The notes beneath the pieces were generated by a model. That model had not been told where the DNA came from, did not search any database, and saw only the letters and a list, made by a program, of their open reading frames with translations. Made by a program: the position numbers and the translations under genes. From the IMG/VR virus record IMGVR_UViG_3300045125_000127: a stretch of 64,000 nucleotides of DNA. The stretch is one strand, 5' to 3'. Numbering within the stretch: the first letter of the stretch is position 1; each line of letters opens with the position of its first letter. This DNA comes from a virus. Of the stretch, positions 18,912 through 31,620 are shown one piece after another.

Positions 18912-21900
18912 ATGGATTTCAAAGATTTCATGAATTTGATGGAGGGTTCCTTCACTCAATCAGATATTCCTGCGTACTTTTATGCCGGGATATATTTTTC
19001 TGACGATCTAGCTAAACGGAAATCATTTACCCCTCCGGGTGCTGTTGCTACGTTGGTCGGTTTGGAAGGCATCAGTAGTTCTTATACGATTTTGGGTTTC
19101 TGGCACGGTGCCGGTTTGAAAATGCCCGGCAAAGAGGTCATTCGCCTCAATAAATTGTCGAGGGTCAAATACGGTGATAAAGAATACTTCGGAAGTGGCG
19201 GTTTCCGATCAATTCGCCGAACAAGTGCAGGCTCCGGCGGGCCGACCGCCACTTCTTCCGGTCGTGGTTCTAGTGAGCCGTGGCTAACCTCTTTCGTTCA
19301 AGGCGTTCTACGTCAACTAGGGTATAAATTCAACGATGTGGGGGACGAATATAGACTTAAATTTGAAGACGGCAGTAGCATGACGCATTCTGAGGTAGCT
19401 CAGGCGTTGAAGAAGATCAAGACGCACCGCACCGTTGAAGACCCGGTGCCGGATCGTTCTGCTCTGTCTAAATGGCAATCGTCCCGGCCTTGGAAATCGA
19501 ACGAAGAACCAAATTACGTTAAAATGAGTCGCAACAGCTGCTGATTTCGCCGGTCGTTTTTATGCCATTCTCAGCGGAAAGGCGATTCCGGGAAAGAAGA
19601 TCAAAGACCCGGAACGTGTGTTGAGGCCAAGTTCGATGCAAGTCACCGGCAGCGAAATGGCTGTGCCGAAGGCTTTGATGAACTATTTGAAGCTTAATCC
19701 GTCGAGGGACGGCGATAAGACCCTCGAACAAATCGGCATAAGAAAGTGAAGAATTTTTTGCCCGATTCAGTTTGCCACGCCCTCGCAAGAAAGAATTGAT
19801 TGCTTGGGTTAATGCTCACATTGACTCAAGTTTCAACGAGTTGATTCACCATTTGAAAGCGAACGTAGCGAAAAATTTAACGATTTTGCAGAGCATAGTT
19901 CGTGATGCGTTTAGCGTTGACACGTCTCACCAAGGCGAACACGAGTGGATCATGAAGCGGCAATTGGTTCCGAGTGCCAGAGGGTTTCGGTGTTCTTCGT
20001 GTCAGGCTTTTATTCGTTTGAACGGCGAACAAAATCCGGGTGATACTGCTCAAGTGTCCGAACTGGCGGGACCGGAGAACACTATTCCTAACGACCCGAA
20101 GTATCAGGCTCGTCCGATGCTCCACATCCCGGAAGGGTCTATCCTTTTCGTTGACCGTTCTCCCGGTTAAAGATTGGTTCCGTCCGATTATCGAACAGTA
20201 CAAGTCGATGCACCCGGACCAAAATGTTACTTCGGACCAAGAGTCTAAAATTGTTGTCGAACACTTCAAGTTGTTTGACAAATATGATGTTCACTTTGTC
20301 GCCAGCAGGAAGAAGCCCAGACGCAGTCTCAAGCCTCTACAACCAAACGGCCTCACGATCCGAGCTACGGTGAAACTAGCGCCAAAGTCCGTGCCATTGT
20401 AGATCGTGGTGTTCACAGGATCGAACACATTCAGAAATTGATGGAAAAGAAGTACGGCGTTAATGGCACTAAGGTCAAAGCCATCATCAACCGGTGGGAA
20501 AAGCTCGGCATGGCGAAAGTCGAGAACGGTTCTGTTACCATTGAGAACCCCGATTTCGATGAGGGGTCGATGATTGTTTACACATTCATCAAGAGCAAGG
20601 AAGGTGTTACCAAGCACGAAATCGAGATGGCAACAGGCATTACAGGCCCGGACATGGAATCCGCCCTTCACAAGTTGAAGGATCAAGAAAAGATTCAAGA
20701 ATTGCCCGGCGGCAAATACGACATCAAGCTGAACGACGAAGAAATGAATCACATTTCTCCGGTCGAGGACGAAATCTTGGATGTTATTGAAAATTATTCC
20801 GTTCGTGAATTCCGGGGTGTCCGTCAAAAGATGTCGAATCCGGGTACGTATACCGATGCACAAATCAAGGATCACTTGCGTATTCTGACTCTGAAGAGGA
20901 GGATATTCAAGGGTCCGTTGAGCGACTACCTGCGACTGACGATCAACAACGATCAACCGTTGTCAGAGGGCGAGAAGAATTTGCTCGGTTTCATGCGGGA
21001 GTACCCGATGACCGACGCCAACAGTTTGTATCACGAATGGCCGAACGTTGACCGTGATGAAATCATTAGGAACGTCGAAAAACTAGCCGCCAGAAGCTTG
21101 CTGGTCATCACGGATCATGACGAAATTCGTCTCAATACCAACAAGCTTCAGCCTCTTGAAAATGCCAAGGGTCACACCAAGTTGGCCGGACGCATCATGG
21201 AAGTGCTTAACGATCACTACTACACTTATCCGAACGAACTGTCTGGACAGATGCCCGGATACGATTACTACTTTTTTAGTGGCGTAATCGACAAGTATAT
21301 GGACAAAGGGCTGGATCAAGCGTGACCCGGACACTCAGCGGTTCACAACGGATCACTCGCTGCCACCAGCCGAAACTGTTGAAGGTAAAAAGTCCTAGAA
21401 TATTTGACGCAACACGACGCCGCAAAAGAAACTGACATTAAGAGCGAGTTGAGTCATCTTAATGGCACTACGAGTACAGCACGGTCAGTCGATTGCTTAA
21501 ATCTTTGAAAGGCGACAAGATCGAGAGTTTCTATCACCCAATTGAGGAAACTACTTTGTGGCACTTGACCGAGAAGCCGTACAAGCTCGATTTGAGTGAA
21601 TACAAGGGAGAGGATGAAGGCCGTGCTGGAAGAAGCGAAGCGGCCTCTGAATTTCTGGAAAATTGAAGAACATTACAACGAAAAGAATCCCGACAAGAGA
21701 CTCTCGGAAGAGGGCGTTCGGTTTGTTCTTAACGCCATGTTGAAAGACGATCACAGCGTAGTTAAGACGAAAGACGTTGCCGACGGAGAAGTGTGGCACT
21801 TAACTGACGCCGAAGGGCCGAAGGACATTAACCACTACAAGGAATTGGTGCGTCAGTTGTTGACCAAACACGGCCCGATGACATCCGGCGGTCTTAACGA

Positions 21901-23310
21901 CAAACTGATGGAAGAACACCACGTCGTTTACGACGTGGCGGAATACGTTATTGACCAAATGAAGGAAGCCGATCCGCCCGAATTGGTCAGTGAAAGCGAC
22001 GAATTCTTGTACTATCCGGCGGTGCGTCTCCCCGACCAGCACTTGCCGGTCCTGAATGATTACATGGAACGTATTTACAAGATGATTCAGCACGAGCCGA
22101 TGAATTCAGGAGACATAAGAAGAAAATAGCACTGAGGTTTACGGAGCAACGCTGAAGTCTTCGGCGATTGCCAACAGCATTCTGTCGCCGCTAATGAGTT
22201 CGGGCAAAATTGTGGGCACGAATATGCCGAACGGGTACGTTACGTTCCACACGCCAGAAATGGACCCGAACGACCAGTATTACAAGAAAATCATCGACTT
22301 CATGAAAGAGGACGAAAACAAGGACGGCCCTGTATCCGCCCGTGCCATTTACTATCACATGGACTACAACGTCGGTATTTCCTCCTCGAAGGTCAAGGGC
22401 TTCTTGGCTAAGATGGTCGAAAAGGGCACGATTTACAAGAAAGACGCCAAGGGCGGCGTCGTTTACTACTCGTTGCAGCCCAACATGGAAGTTCAAGACA
22501 TTGGAGACATGGTTCAACAGTACGTCAAGAAACTGGAAACCGATCAGGGTTATCAGGGCGTTTCCGCTTATACGCTCAATGATTTCTTGCAGAAACACAT
22601 AGACGAAGACGCCGACCCAAGAGAAGTCTTGATGGACATGGTTGACGACGGCAAGATTCAAATCTTGTCCGGCCAGCACAGCGATTTCTGGTACACGGTT
22701 CAATTTACGGCTCAGATTGATCCGGTTTCGTCCGAGGCTAAACACTCTGAAGAAGTCGAGGAAGCCAAGAATTATATTGAGCAAATGAAGTTCATCCGTC
22801 CGCAACGACTTGGTCAAATACTTGGGTTCCGGCAAGAGAATACGCAAGTTGATTATGAGCATGGTTGCCGACGACAAGTTGTGGCCGATGAACAGCACTT
22901 CGGAACAGGACTGGATGTCCACTGCCGTTTACTCGAACTCGCCGCCGAAGTCGGACGAACAATGGGAACAAGAGATTGTCAACTTCTTGAAGGGTAAGAA
23001 TGCGGCTTATAGTCCTTACAATATTTCTACCCAATTGATGAAGTTCGAGCCGTCCGAACGGGTCAAGAAATTGCTCAAGAAATTGGAATCCGAGGGCAAA
23101 ATCAAGAGCGTTTACAAAACCGAGTACGATTATTGGTACAACAATACTTACCAATATGTGGCTCCACTGCCCGCTGGTTTCCCATTGCCGGGCAAGCCGC
23201 AAGGCACGCCGGTCCAAGCGACTCAGCAGCCACAAGACGCCAACCACTGGACTGGCGCATCGGCCGATCCGAATGCCGACAATGATGTTAAGCCGGGGCA
23301 ACCTACCTAA
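18912..23310 (+). CDS. ~1,450-aa protein: CTS-like start, N-terminal domain, ~13 tandem winged-helix domains, P/Q tail (multiple frameshifts)
   Basis: ORFs 18858, 19772, 20040, 20438, 21596, 22194, 22810 overlap in shifting frames with no intergenic gaps; repeated ~65-aa units I/V-xx-FL/YL...helix-turn-helix...L-xx-L-xx-xG-x-I...W/Y. Confidence 0.7.
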
Positions 23311-23394
23311 CGGCACCGAACCAGAAATTTGGTAATTGACAGGGTGCGGTACTAATGTAAATTAAAGTACCGCACCCTCGCCGAAAGGAACGAA

Positions 23395-23942
23395 ATGGGC
23401 TGGCCCTTCGAGCATCATCAAGACGGACAAGTTTTCCTCCACATGAACAATTGGGCGGATTTCAAGCGACACAAAGATTCTGGCGCAGAGTATCCTCACA
23501 ATTGGCTGCACAGGCGATTGTTCGTTCAGATTCATTCGCCACGAGCGGATTTGAAGCAAGTGCCGATCCCGATTGAAGAAGGATCGCTATTTGTCCGCAA
23601 CTCTAGTCGTAAGATTAACTGTGTCTCCGACGACTGGTCGGTAATTTTTGAACCTTACCCGGCTTTCGTTCGCACTACTTCCGACCTAAATGGCAATCAA
23701 CCTTCGTGGCACATTTGGTTGGAAGACAAACACCAAAAGCCGACCTACGGCGAACCCATGACCCTGTTTTCGACCGGTATGAATTTGGGTTCCGGGCACG
23801 ATAATTTGTTCGCATTTTTCCGGGACGCCTATTGGTACGTTGAGCAATTTCACGACTACGGACTCGGCACCAAACGTCCTCAAATTGAAGAGTTGTGTCG
23901 AGTCGGCACCAAAAACGACTTTACCGCAGCATTGACGATTGA
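23395..23942 (+). CDS. hypothetical protein ending TK(K)RLYRSIDD*
   Basis: One extra A in the A5 run at 23911-23915 joins the ORF to KRLYRSIDD* (TGA 23940-23942), just before the next ATG at 23981. Confidence 0.6.
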
Positions 23943-23980
23943 TGCTTTACAACCGAGCAAATTCGTGGTAGGATCGCATC

Positions 23981-24630
23981 ATGGAAACCCAAATTCCGCT
24001 AGTGTTGGTTCCCACCCCTTCGGGCCGCTTGCTTCGTCACAAGCGAAACAAAAGGTACGGCAGCGGCGTTGCTATTTGGCAAATTAAGGCGTCCGTCGTT
24101 CGATCAAGTCGGGTCGAACGAGGTATTTTCTTAGTTTCCCAAATGTGGTTTTTCGTTTCGAGTACCGAGACAAGTACGAAGCAAGGGACGGGTCCAAGGA
24201 CAACTTGTTGCTTCGCAAGGTTTCTTGCGCCTTCATTACTGCCGACAGCCCACGGTCCAGCACAAAGGTTTATTCTCCTCCCTTGGGGAATGTGGACAGC
24301 AGCTTGCGAGTGTGTATTTCAGGAATACCCATTTACGCCAAGACGGTTGAGGAATTGTGTCGTAAGGCCGTGGCGGATTTCTGGAACAGTCGTTTCAATT
24401 TCGACATAACCGACGCCTTGGAAGACTATCAATACGAAAGAGAAAACAAGCGTTTGTCCCTTTCTTCTTACAAGAAATGGCACAAACGTACTGAGGCCGA
24501 ACCCAATTGGACGCCCGGTTGCAAAGACATGGTCGAGTGGGCCGATTTCGGCCAGTTTTGTAGAATGGATACGGATTCAAATTACGACCGTTCTGACTAC
24601 GACGACTACGACTACGAAGAGGAATACTAA
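23981..24630 (+). CDS. prokaryotic E2 family D-like (PRTRC protein B-like) protein (frameshifted)
   Basis: PNVVF...VYSPPLGNVDSSLRVCI...FWNSRF...WHKRT pattern. Confidence 0.5.
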
Positions 24631-27200
24631 TGGGATCGCACAAGGACACGTTGCTCCTTCCCAAAACTACTCTTCCCATTCAAGCTAACTTGCCGACCAA
24701 TGAGTCGGCTCGTTACGCTTTATGGGGCGACGTTTATACTCGAATGAAGCGTGACGGCGAAGACCCGTTCATTCTTCACGACGGCCCTCCGTATGCTAAC
24801 GGCAATATTCACATCGGTCATGCCCTCAACAAAATCTTGAAAGATTTTGTTGTCAAAACTGCTTATTTCAGCGGCCGGGCGGTCGAATTTGTGCCGGGAT
24901 GGGACTGCCACGGGCTGCCGATTGAACAAAAGGTTCAATCGGCATGGCGGCTCGGTGGGCCGATGAAGAAATCCGACAGCGGCCGTGGGCTTACGCCCAT
25001 GTCGATGGAAGAGGCGAGTGTCGATTTCATCTCGATGTGTCGCCGCTATGCCGCCGAACAGATCGCCAAACAGAAGGATCAGTTCAAGTCTCTCGGCGTT
25101 GTCGCCGATTGGGAAAACAACTACGAAACCATGAGTCCGGCGTTCGAGCAAATGATCGCCGACAAACTGTCCGAACTTCGGGACAAGGGCTTGCTAGTTC
25201 GTCGCCGTAAGCCGGTGTATTGGTCGTGGCCCTACGGTTCGGCTCTCGCAGAGGCCGAGGTCGAGTATCGGGAGCGAACCGACAAAACGGCATATGTTTT
25301 GTTCAAAACCGACAAGTTCCCTTGGGGCTTGCTCGTCTGGACTACTACGCCTTGGACTTTGCCCGCCAACGTCGCCGTCGCCCTGAACCCAAAACTTCGG
25401 TACGTCGCCGTTCACGTCAAAGACCAAGATTTGCCCGTCCTTGTTGCCGCCGATACGGTTGACGCCCTCGCCAAGAAGGGCATCGTGATCGACACGGTAA
25501 AGGGTTACGAAGCCGAAGGTGCCGAGTTCGAGGGTGGCGGTTTCAGCACCCGATTTACCCGGACCAGACGGTGCCTTGTGTGATGGCGGATTTCGTAGCT
25601 CCCGACGCCGGAACGGGGTGCGTGCATATTGCCCCCGGCCACGGCGAAGAAGACTATTTGGTGGGGTTGAAGTACGATTTGCCCGTCGTGATGCCCGTCG
25701 GCCCTAACGGACGTTACGCCGAGGGAAAATACGGCCCGTCTGAAAAGTACCCGGACGGTTTATGGATTTACCAAGACGATTCCAACGAGTCGATGGCCGC
25801 TGTCGCCGACGGAACGTACAAGAAGTGTTCGTACCAGACCAATGAAGTAATTTTCGCCGATTTGAAGCAAATGGGCGTTCTGGTTGCCACCGAAGACGTG
25901 GTTCACAATTATCCGTACTGCGCCCGTTCCGATACGCCGGTCATCTTCCGTGCAACGGAACAGTGGTTTTTGATTTGCCCCAAGTGCGTGAGAGTGTTCT
26001 TGAGGCTTTGAAGCCGGTGGAGTTCTATCCGCAGACGGCGAGCAATCGGATGATTCCGATGTTGAAGAATCGCCCGGACTGGTGCATCAGTCGCCAGCGA
26101 AAGTGGGGCGTTCCCATTTTTGACGGGCCTGATATCCTCGACGTGTGGTTCGACAGCGGGCTGACTTGGACTATCTTAAATGGTCGTCAAGCTGACCTTT
26201 ATTTGGAAGGGAACGACCAACACCGTGGCTGGTTCCAGAGCAGTTTGTGGTTGAGTGTAGCCCTTACGGGCAAGGCTCCCTACAAGCGTGTGGTTACTCA
26301 CGGGTTCGTGGTGGATAAGAACGGTCACAAGATGTCCAAACGCAAGGGCAACGTTATTGACCCCAATACCGTTGTGAGCAAATACGGTTCGGAGGTCTTG
26401 CAGTTATTGGGTCGCCACTACCGATTACACCAAAGATGTTTCAGTCGGCGACGAAATTCTGGCTCGTGCCGCCGAGGGGCACAAGAAGCTTCGCAACACC
26501 CTTCGGTTTTTCCTAGCGAATATCAACGAAATGCCGGTTCCGGCTGAGGGTGATCCGGTCGGCCTCGAAAGCTGGATTCTGAACGAGGCCCGCACGGTGT
26601 TTGACGAAGTGTATAAGGCTTTCTGTTCGTTCGAGTACCACCGTGGGATGTCGAAGTTGACGGAGTTCCTGAACGGGGATTTGAACTCCATCTATTTCAA
26701 CGCCATCAAGGACTGCCTGTATTGTGATCCGTTTGACGGTGAACGTCGCAACTCGGTGGTGCGGGTTCTGTCCACGATTCTGGAGAGCCTGTTGGGGTTG
26801 ATCGCCCCGCTGTTCACTTACACGGCCGACGAGGTGTTCTCGCACGCCCCTGACTGGTTCAAGGGTGGGCGGAAGGATATTTTCGATTTGGTTTATACGC
26901 CGATCCCGGAAGGGTCGAAACCGGCGTTCGATGCTGGCTATTATCGGCAGGTCTTGACTGCATTCCACGCTGTATTTGATGGTCTGAAAACGGCCGGGTC
27001 CGTCCGTGACACGTTGGAAGTGGTTTAGAGTCCAGCCGCAAGTTCACCCCATCGGCCAAGGACTGGTTGGTGGTAAGTGATGCGACCGCCATTACGGACA
27101 GTCCGGCTCTGGCCGGAGTTTATGGTGGACGACGACGTGTACAGGATCGGAAAGTGCCAAACAAGTGCGAGCGATGCTGAAACGCAACGCCCAGAATTCC
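24630..27200 (+). CDS. ileS: isoleucyl-tRNA synthetase (frameshifted)
   Basis: [74 protein letters not shown]-terminal KCERC. Confidence 0.95.
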
Positions 27201-27279
27201 TTGTGTTTTGCCGTGAAAAGGCCGCAGTGATTTACAACCCCAAGAATCTGTGGTACATCTTGGGCACGGAGGGTCAATC

Positions 27280-27885
27280 ATGGCTAACAAAAGCATCCAT
27301 CATTGGTGGCGGCACCGTAAGTCACGTCCGCAATCACCTTGACCGTGCCCCCGCCTATGGGCGAACGGCTCGCCGTCTACAAGAGCTTCGCCCGTAGAGC
27401 GATATGGACGTTCAGTCCATTTGACCAAATGGCAGGGGGCGATGTTCTGGAGACAAACCGGGACATCGCGCCCTACTCTCGTTTGGTCGATGACCCCACC
27501 ACCAAGATCATTTTCATGAACGCCGCACTGGCAGATTTTGCCGGTGCGCATTGGTCTTGTGCCCAGCGGAAAACACGAACGCTTGAGGCTGAGGCGACGA
27601 CCTTGAACTTCCGTGGTTGAACGAGCGGTCGCTCACTTGTTCCCGAGCCCAAGTTGTTGGGCGAGATTCGGAAGACTCGTGAGCGACATTTTCCTGTCGG
27701 TTTCAAAACCACAACCGGCCAGTGAAGACGAGCGTATTTTGCTGCACTAAGGCTCTTGAAGGAATCGTCCTGTAATTGGTGTTGGCAACGACGTGGTCAG
27801 CACGAACCAACATGGTTGTTTGCCCGGAAGAGGCAATCGATACCACGTTACCAGGACCGGGACGAGGCTTTGAAGGTCTTGTAGG
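27280..27885 (+). CDS. CoaB/DFP-like (phosphopantothenoylcysteine synthetase-like) protein (frameshifted)
   Basis: IIGGGTVSHVRNH, IIFMNAALADF, VGFKTT, LAND. Confidence 0.5.
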
Positions 27886-27887
27886 AC

Positions 27888-28637
27888 ATGGCTCTCAAAC
27901 GTAGCCATTTGACATTTACTCGCAGTATCGGTAGTGGCGGGCGATCCCGTTCCGCGGGATTCGCCTATGGGTTCCCGCCGCACTTCCGGACTGTGGTGAA
28001 TCACTGCATTGGCGAGGGGGCGTGCAAGCCTTTCCGTGGTGCGACCGTGGGTCATTTTGCTTCTCTGTAAGTTGGACGAAACCATCGTTCTTGACGGAGC
28101 ATTCGCAAGAGTAATTTCAACGACTTGGACAAGAACGGTTTGGTGAAAGTTAAGCACCGACGGCCCCGACAGCGGCATTGATTGCCTACGGCAGCAAGCC
28201 GAGTGTGGGCGGGCAGAAGTCGGCGGACTCTGGTTCCACGACTGCACAGCTGAGCGGCTAATCTTCTCGTGTGGTTCACTTCCACTGTCCCAAGCGGGCC
28301 GGGAGGTGAAGTTCCGACGGTTTCTCAAAGAGAATTCGAGTGCGGCTCCCTAAACGAGTGCGGCAAGAAACAAATTTCCAGCAACGGGTTGAAAAAGATT
28401 CGGCAATGGGAGCGCTTGTGTATTTGGACGAACACGGCCCGAACGTCGTGTTCCACAGCAGCGATTGACCCGAAAGAAGTGATTTCTTTCATCGGCGCTC
28501 AACTTGACCTTCCAGGCCAAGACCGGCGGCTACGTTACGGAGCGGGCCAAATGCACGCTAATTGCAAGTGTCGGCTGTGTCAGTCGAGCGGGCTTCCGGT
28601 CTTCACCCAGAAGGTTGCCGAAGCCAAGTTTGCATAA
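27888..28637 (+). CDS. hypothetical protein (frameshifted)
   Basis: Chain of overlapping plus-strand ORF fragments. Confidence 0.4.
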
Positions 28638-29014
28638 GGAACAAAATGAGTTGATGGATAAATACAGGTTGGATCGTGCACATAACGGTGTTGCTGGCGA
28701 CATTAGCGACTACCCGTTGGGCGGCGCAATTTCCACACGCACGGAAATGGCAGAGAACTTCGGCACACTCGATCTCGCAGAGTTGTGTTCCCCGTTGATC
28801 CGCAGATCGTGCATTCGTTGTTTTGGAACGTGTTCAATCGGATTATGGAAGGGGAACAGTTCAAGGACGGCGACACCGCCGGAGCGATCGCCAGTGGCGG
28901 CTACCTTGTGAAGTTTGTGGACGCAATTGAAAATGGTCGTCCCGTGCTTCGCACATTATTTTGCTGCGGACGAGCGACGGTAATCTCGGCCGTGACACCC
29001 TGACGACGGGTAGC

Positions 29015-29626
29015 ATGGCCCAACAGTACGACGCGATATTTTTTTTGAGCAATGTCAGAGATTCTTAGCTTTTACCGAAAACGAGTCCGTTCCTTGTGGC
29101 GGATTTCTCTGAACATAGTTAACCGTTGGTCCGGACCAGCATGTGGGAGCAGAGTTTTCCATGATTTCATTCAGTGGCTCTTTCCAGCTGAAGACCCCTA
29201 GTAATTTCAACCCTGACGCCCTGCTTTTGACCGATGACGACATTGAACAGTTCGTCAAATGCAAGGACTTAAGGGGCAATGTCTTTCAGGCGTTTATCCG
29301 CTGCATGAAGTTCCTTTGGGCCTGAACGGGCGGTTGGTTTGGCGGGACGGTCCACGAGCATTCCACTAAATGAGGTGCGCGGCCGTGTCAAAGGGCCGAC
29401 AACTTTGCCGAACGTGAAGAGGTTTTGGTCGAAAATCAACCACAACTGGCCAGCGGACTCACACTGGGTTCTGGCGAGTCTTCTTTGGAGGATTGCTGAA
29501 ACAGACGACCCGCTCGCCGATGCGTTTTTTCAGGGTGTCTGTGCGACCTGTATAGCAGACGGGTACAGGTTCCGCCGAGGAAGTTTTTCTTACTGGCAAA
29601 AAGCCTCAGAAGGTTTGATACAGTGA
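29015..29626 (+). CDS. OGFr (opioid growth factor receptor) N-domain protein (frameshifted)
   Basis: HDFIQWLFP..TPSNFNPDA..LT...LRGNV..AF...MKFL..NHN. Confidence 0.75.
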
Positions 29627-29642
29627 TGAATAGATATTGCTG

Positions 29643-30115
29643 ATGAACTTTCGAGAATGGCTAATTGCTGAAGAGTTGGGGGGATCGGCCTCAAGACCCC
29701 GGACGAACTGGACTTGTTGTGACAGCCGCAGGGCGTTTCTCGACACCAGAGCGCTGTGGTGGCGTTACGGTAACATTGTGTGTGGCCCCGGTCCACGATT
29801 GCGGCCCAAGACGTGTGACGCCCTCGCTATCCGGTCGTCCGTTGCCGGAACCGATAAACGCCGTCGATGCCATGCACCGCAAACAAAGCACGACATCGAA
29901 TATTGCAATGTGCGGGACGGGCTGGAAGTCCGGGTTACGGTTCGGGACATCTTCGCCGTGTTCTCTGGACGCCGATAAGCGACTGCATCCAGAATTGGAA
30001 AACCAATTTGAAGGGGTTGCCTTTGGGCTGCAAGCACTCAGCGTCCTCAGCCATTAGAACCTATTTCAACATGCACGTTGGGATGAGAGGTCGTCGCGGA
30101 AGCCTTCGCCGGTGA
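29643..30115 (+). CDS. putative internal head protein (frameshifted)
   Basis: Starts MNFREWLIAEE; ATAGATA upstream. Confidence 0.5.
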
Positions 30116-30474
30116 TCGACCAGTTGAAGGACTTTCTGGAGACGGCGAACGACCAGTGGGCGGCTTCGCCAATGGCTCTCAGTGACGACAAAATGAAGGT
30201 GCGCGTCCGCAAGGGACGGCACTCATATTGGCGACGGGCGGCGTAACTTCCGGCAAGAAAATGTCAACTACTCTGGACATTGCGGCCCGTCGAAGCGTAG
30301 GAAGAGAGCTTCGTGGAACCTTCAAGGAATTCCTTTATCAAGCTTCGCAGTCAAATCCGTGGGACGGCATTTATGTGGAATGCGTACACAACCCACGTTT
30401 GGCTGCTTTTTTGATTCGTGAACTTTGGGTTCCGATTAACGAGGTGGGAATCTTTTTACCTTCCCAAACCGCAT

Positions 30475-30715
30475 GTTGAAAAAAGCGAATTATCAGGGTC
30501 TTAGCGGCCCTTTCACAATCGAATATGATAGCGAAGCACCTTGCCGATTCTGCGGCCTTGCTGTAGAAGAAGCTTCTGTGGGTGGGACGGATGTGTGTCC
30601 TTGGTGTGACTGCGGTTATCACAGGGCGGGACAAGAATTTCGTACCGGGAATTACTTAAGGGAAGAAATGGCAAGGCGAAGATTAACCCGCAGCAGTTCG
30701 GGACGCAAGTGGTAA
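30475..30715 (+). CDS. small zinc-finger protein
   Basis: PCRFC...VCPWCDC. Confidence 0.55.
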
Positions 30716-30716
30716 G

Positions 30717-30947
30717 TTGTTGAAAGCGGCTCACATCACTTCGGAAGTGTTGGCCGAAAAGAGCGGTCTGGACGTTGAACGTGTTCGGAGCATCGAATCC
30801 GGCACGGTGGGAAAAGGTCACAAAGAAGGACTGCAACCATCAACAAGTGCTTCAGATTCCGACGCCGTGGTTCAGTTTTTGGGAGTTGAGAGCGGCAAGG
30901 GCTTTCTTTGGTGGCCGAAGCGACTCAGGCGGCGATCATCGCATTAG
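30717..30947 (+). CDS. XRE-like HTH protein
   Basis: ITSEVLAEKSGLDVERVRSIESG. Confidence 0.55.
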   Translation: MLKAAHITSEVLAEKSGLDVERVRSIESGTVGKGHKEGLQPSTSASDSDAVVQFLGVESGKGFLWWPKRLRRRSSH

Positions 30948-30988
30948 TCGTTGCTCAATCTCAGAACGGCAAAAAGAAGAAAAAAGAA

Positions 30989-31024
30989 ATGATCGAAGGT
31001 GATTAGCGGCGGGCAGACCGGGGC
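30989..31024 (+). pseudogene. orphaned first 12-13 codons of the MoCo-carrier/SLOG gene
   Basis: ATGATCGAAGGTGATTAGCGGCGGGCAGACCGGGGC = MIE(K)VISGGQTGA with one base missing; same peptide as at 31621. Confidence 0.75.
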
Positions 31025-31080
31025 AAGCTTTAATCTCCTAATTTGCCCACCAAATTGACTTCTTGTCTCATACATAAGGC

Positions 31081-31620
31081 ATGAAGTCAATTGAAATCGA
31101 CATGACGAACTCGTGTTTGGTTTTCTTACAGTTATTGAGCGAGGTCGGTCGCTTGAAATGACACACGAGCTTACTGGAAATGCAAATGTAAGTGTGGCAA
31201 TGGCAAAATCGTCATGGGCAAGCATTTAAGAACTGGCAGCATAGCTTCCACTGTGGTTGTATCAGGAGCCAACCGAGTACAAGGTACACAAGGAAGGTGA
31301 TATAAGTGGTGCGTATGTGGTCGGGTGTTAAATACAAAGCCAATGTGCGAGAGATAGAGTTTAATCTTGACATCGAGTGCGCTTGGGATTTGTTCCAATT
31401 ACAAGATGGCAAGTGCAGCTTGTCACGGTATGTCCACTGCATTTGGTTAGGTACTACAAAAAGCACCGAGACAAGCGAACAACTTCGCTCGATAGGAGTG
31501 AAGCAACACAAAGGGTTATATCGAAGGTAACGTACAGTGGGTTCACAAATGGCTTAACGTCGCGAGGAACGAATTGAGCATTCAAGATTTCATTAACACC
31601 TGTAAACATTGTGGCGGAAC
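31081..31620 (+). CDS. free-standing HNH-type homing endonuclease (frameshifted)
   Basis: YWKCKCKCG...HLRTG N-terminus; Q-GKC...SLDRI...KGYIEGNVQWVHKWLN. Confidence 0.75.
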
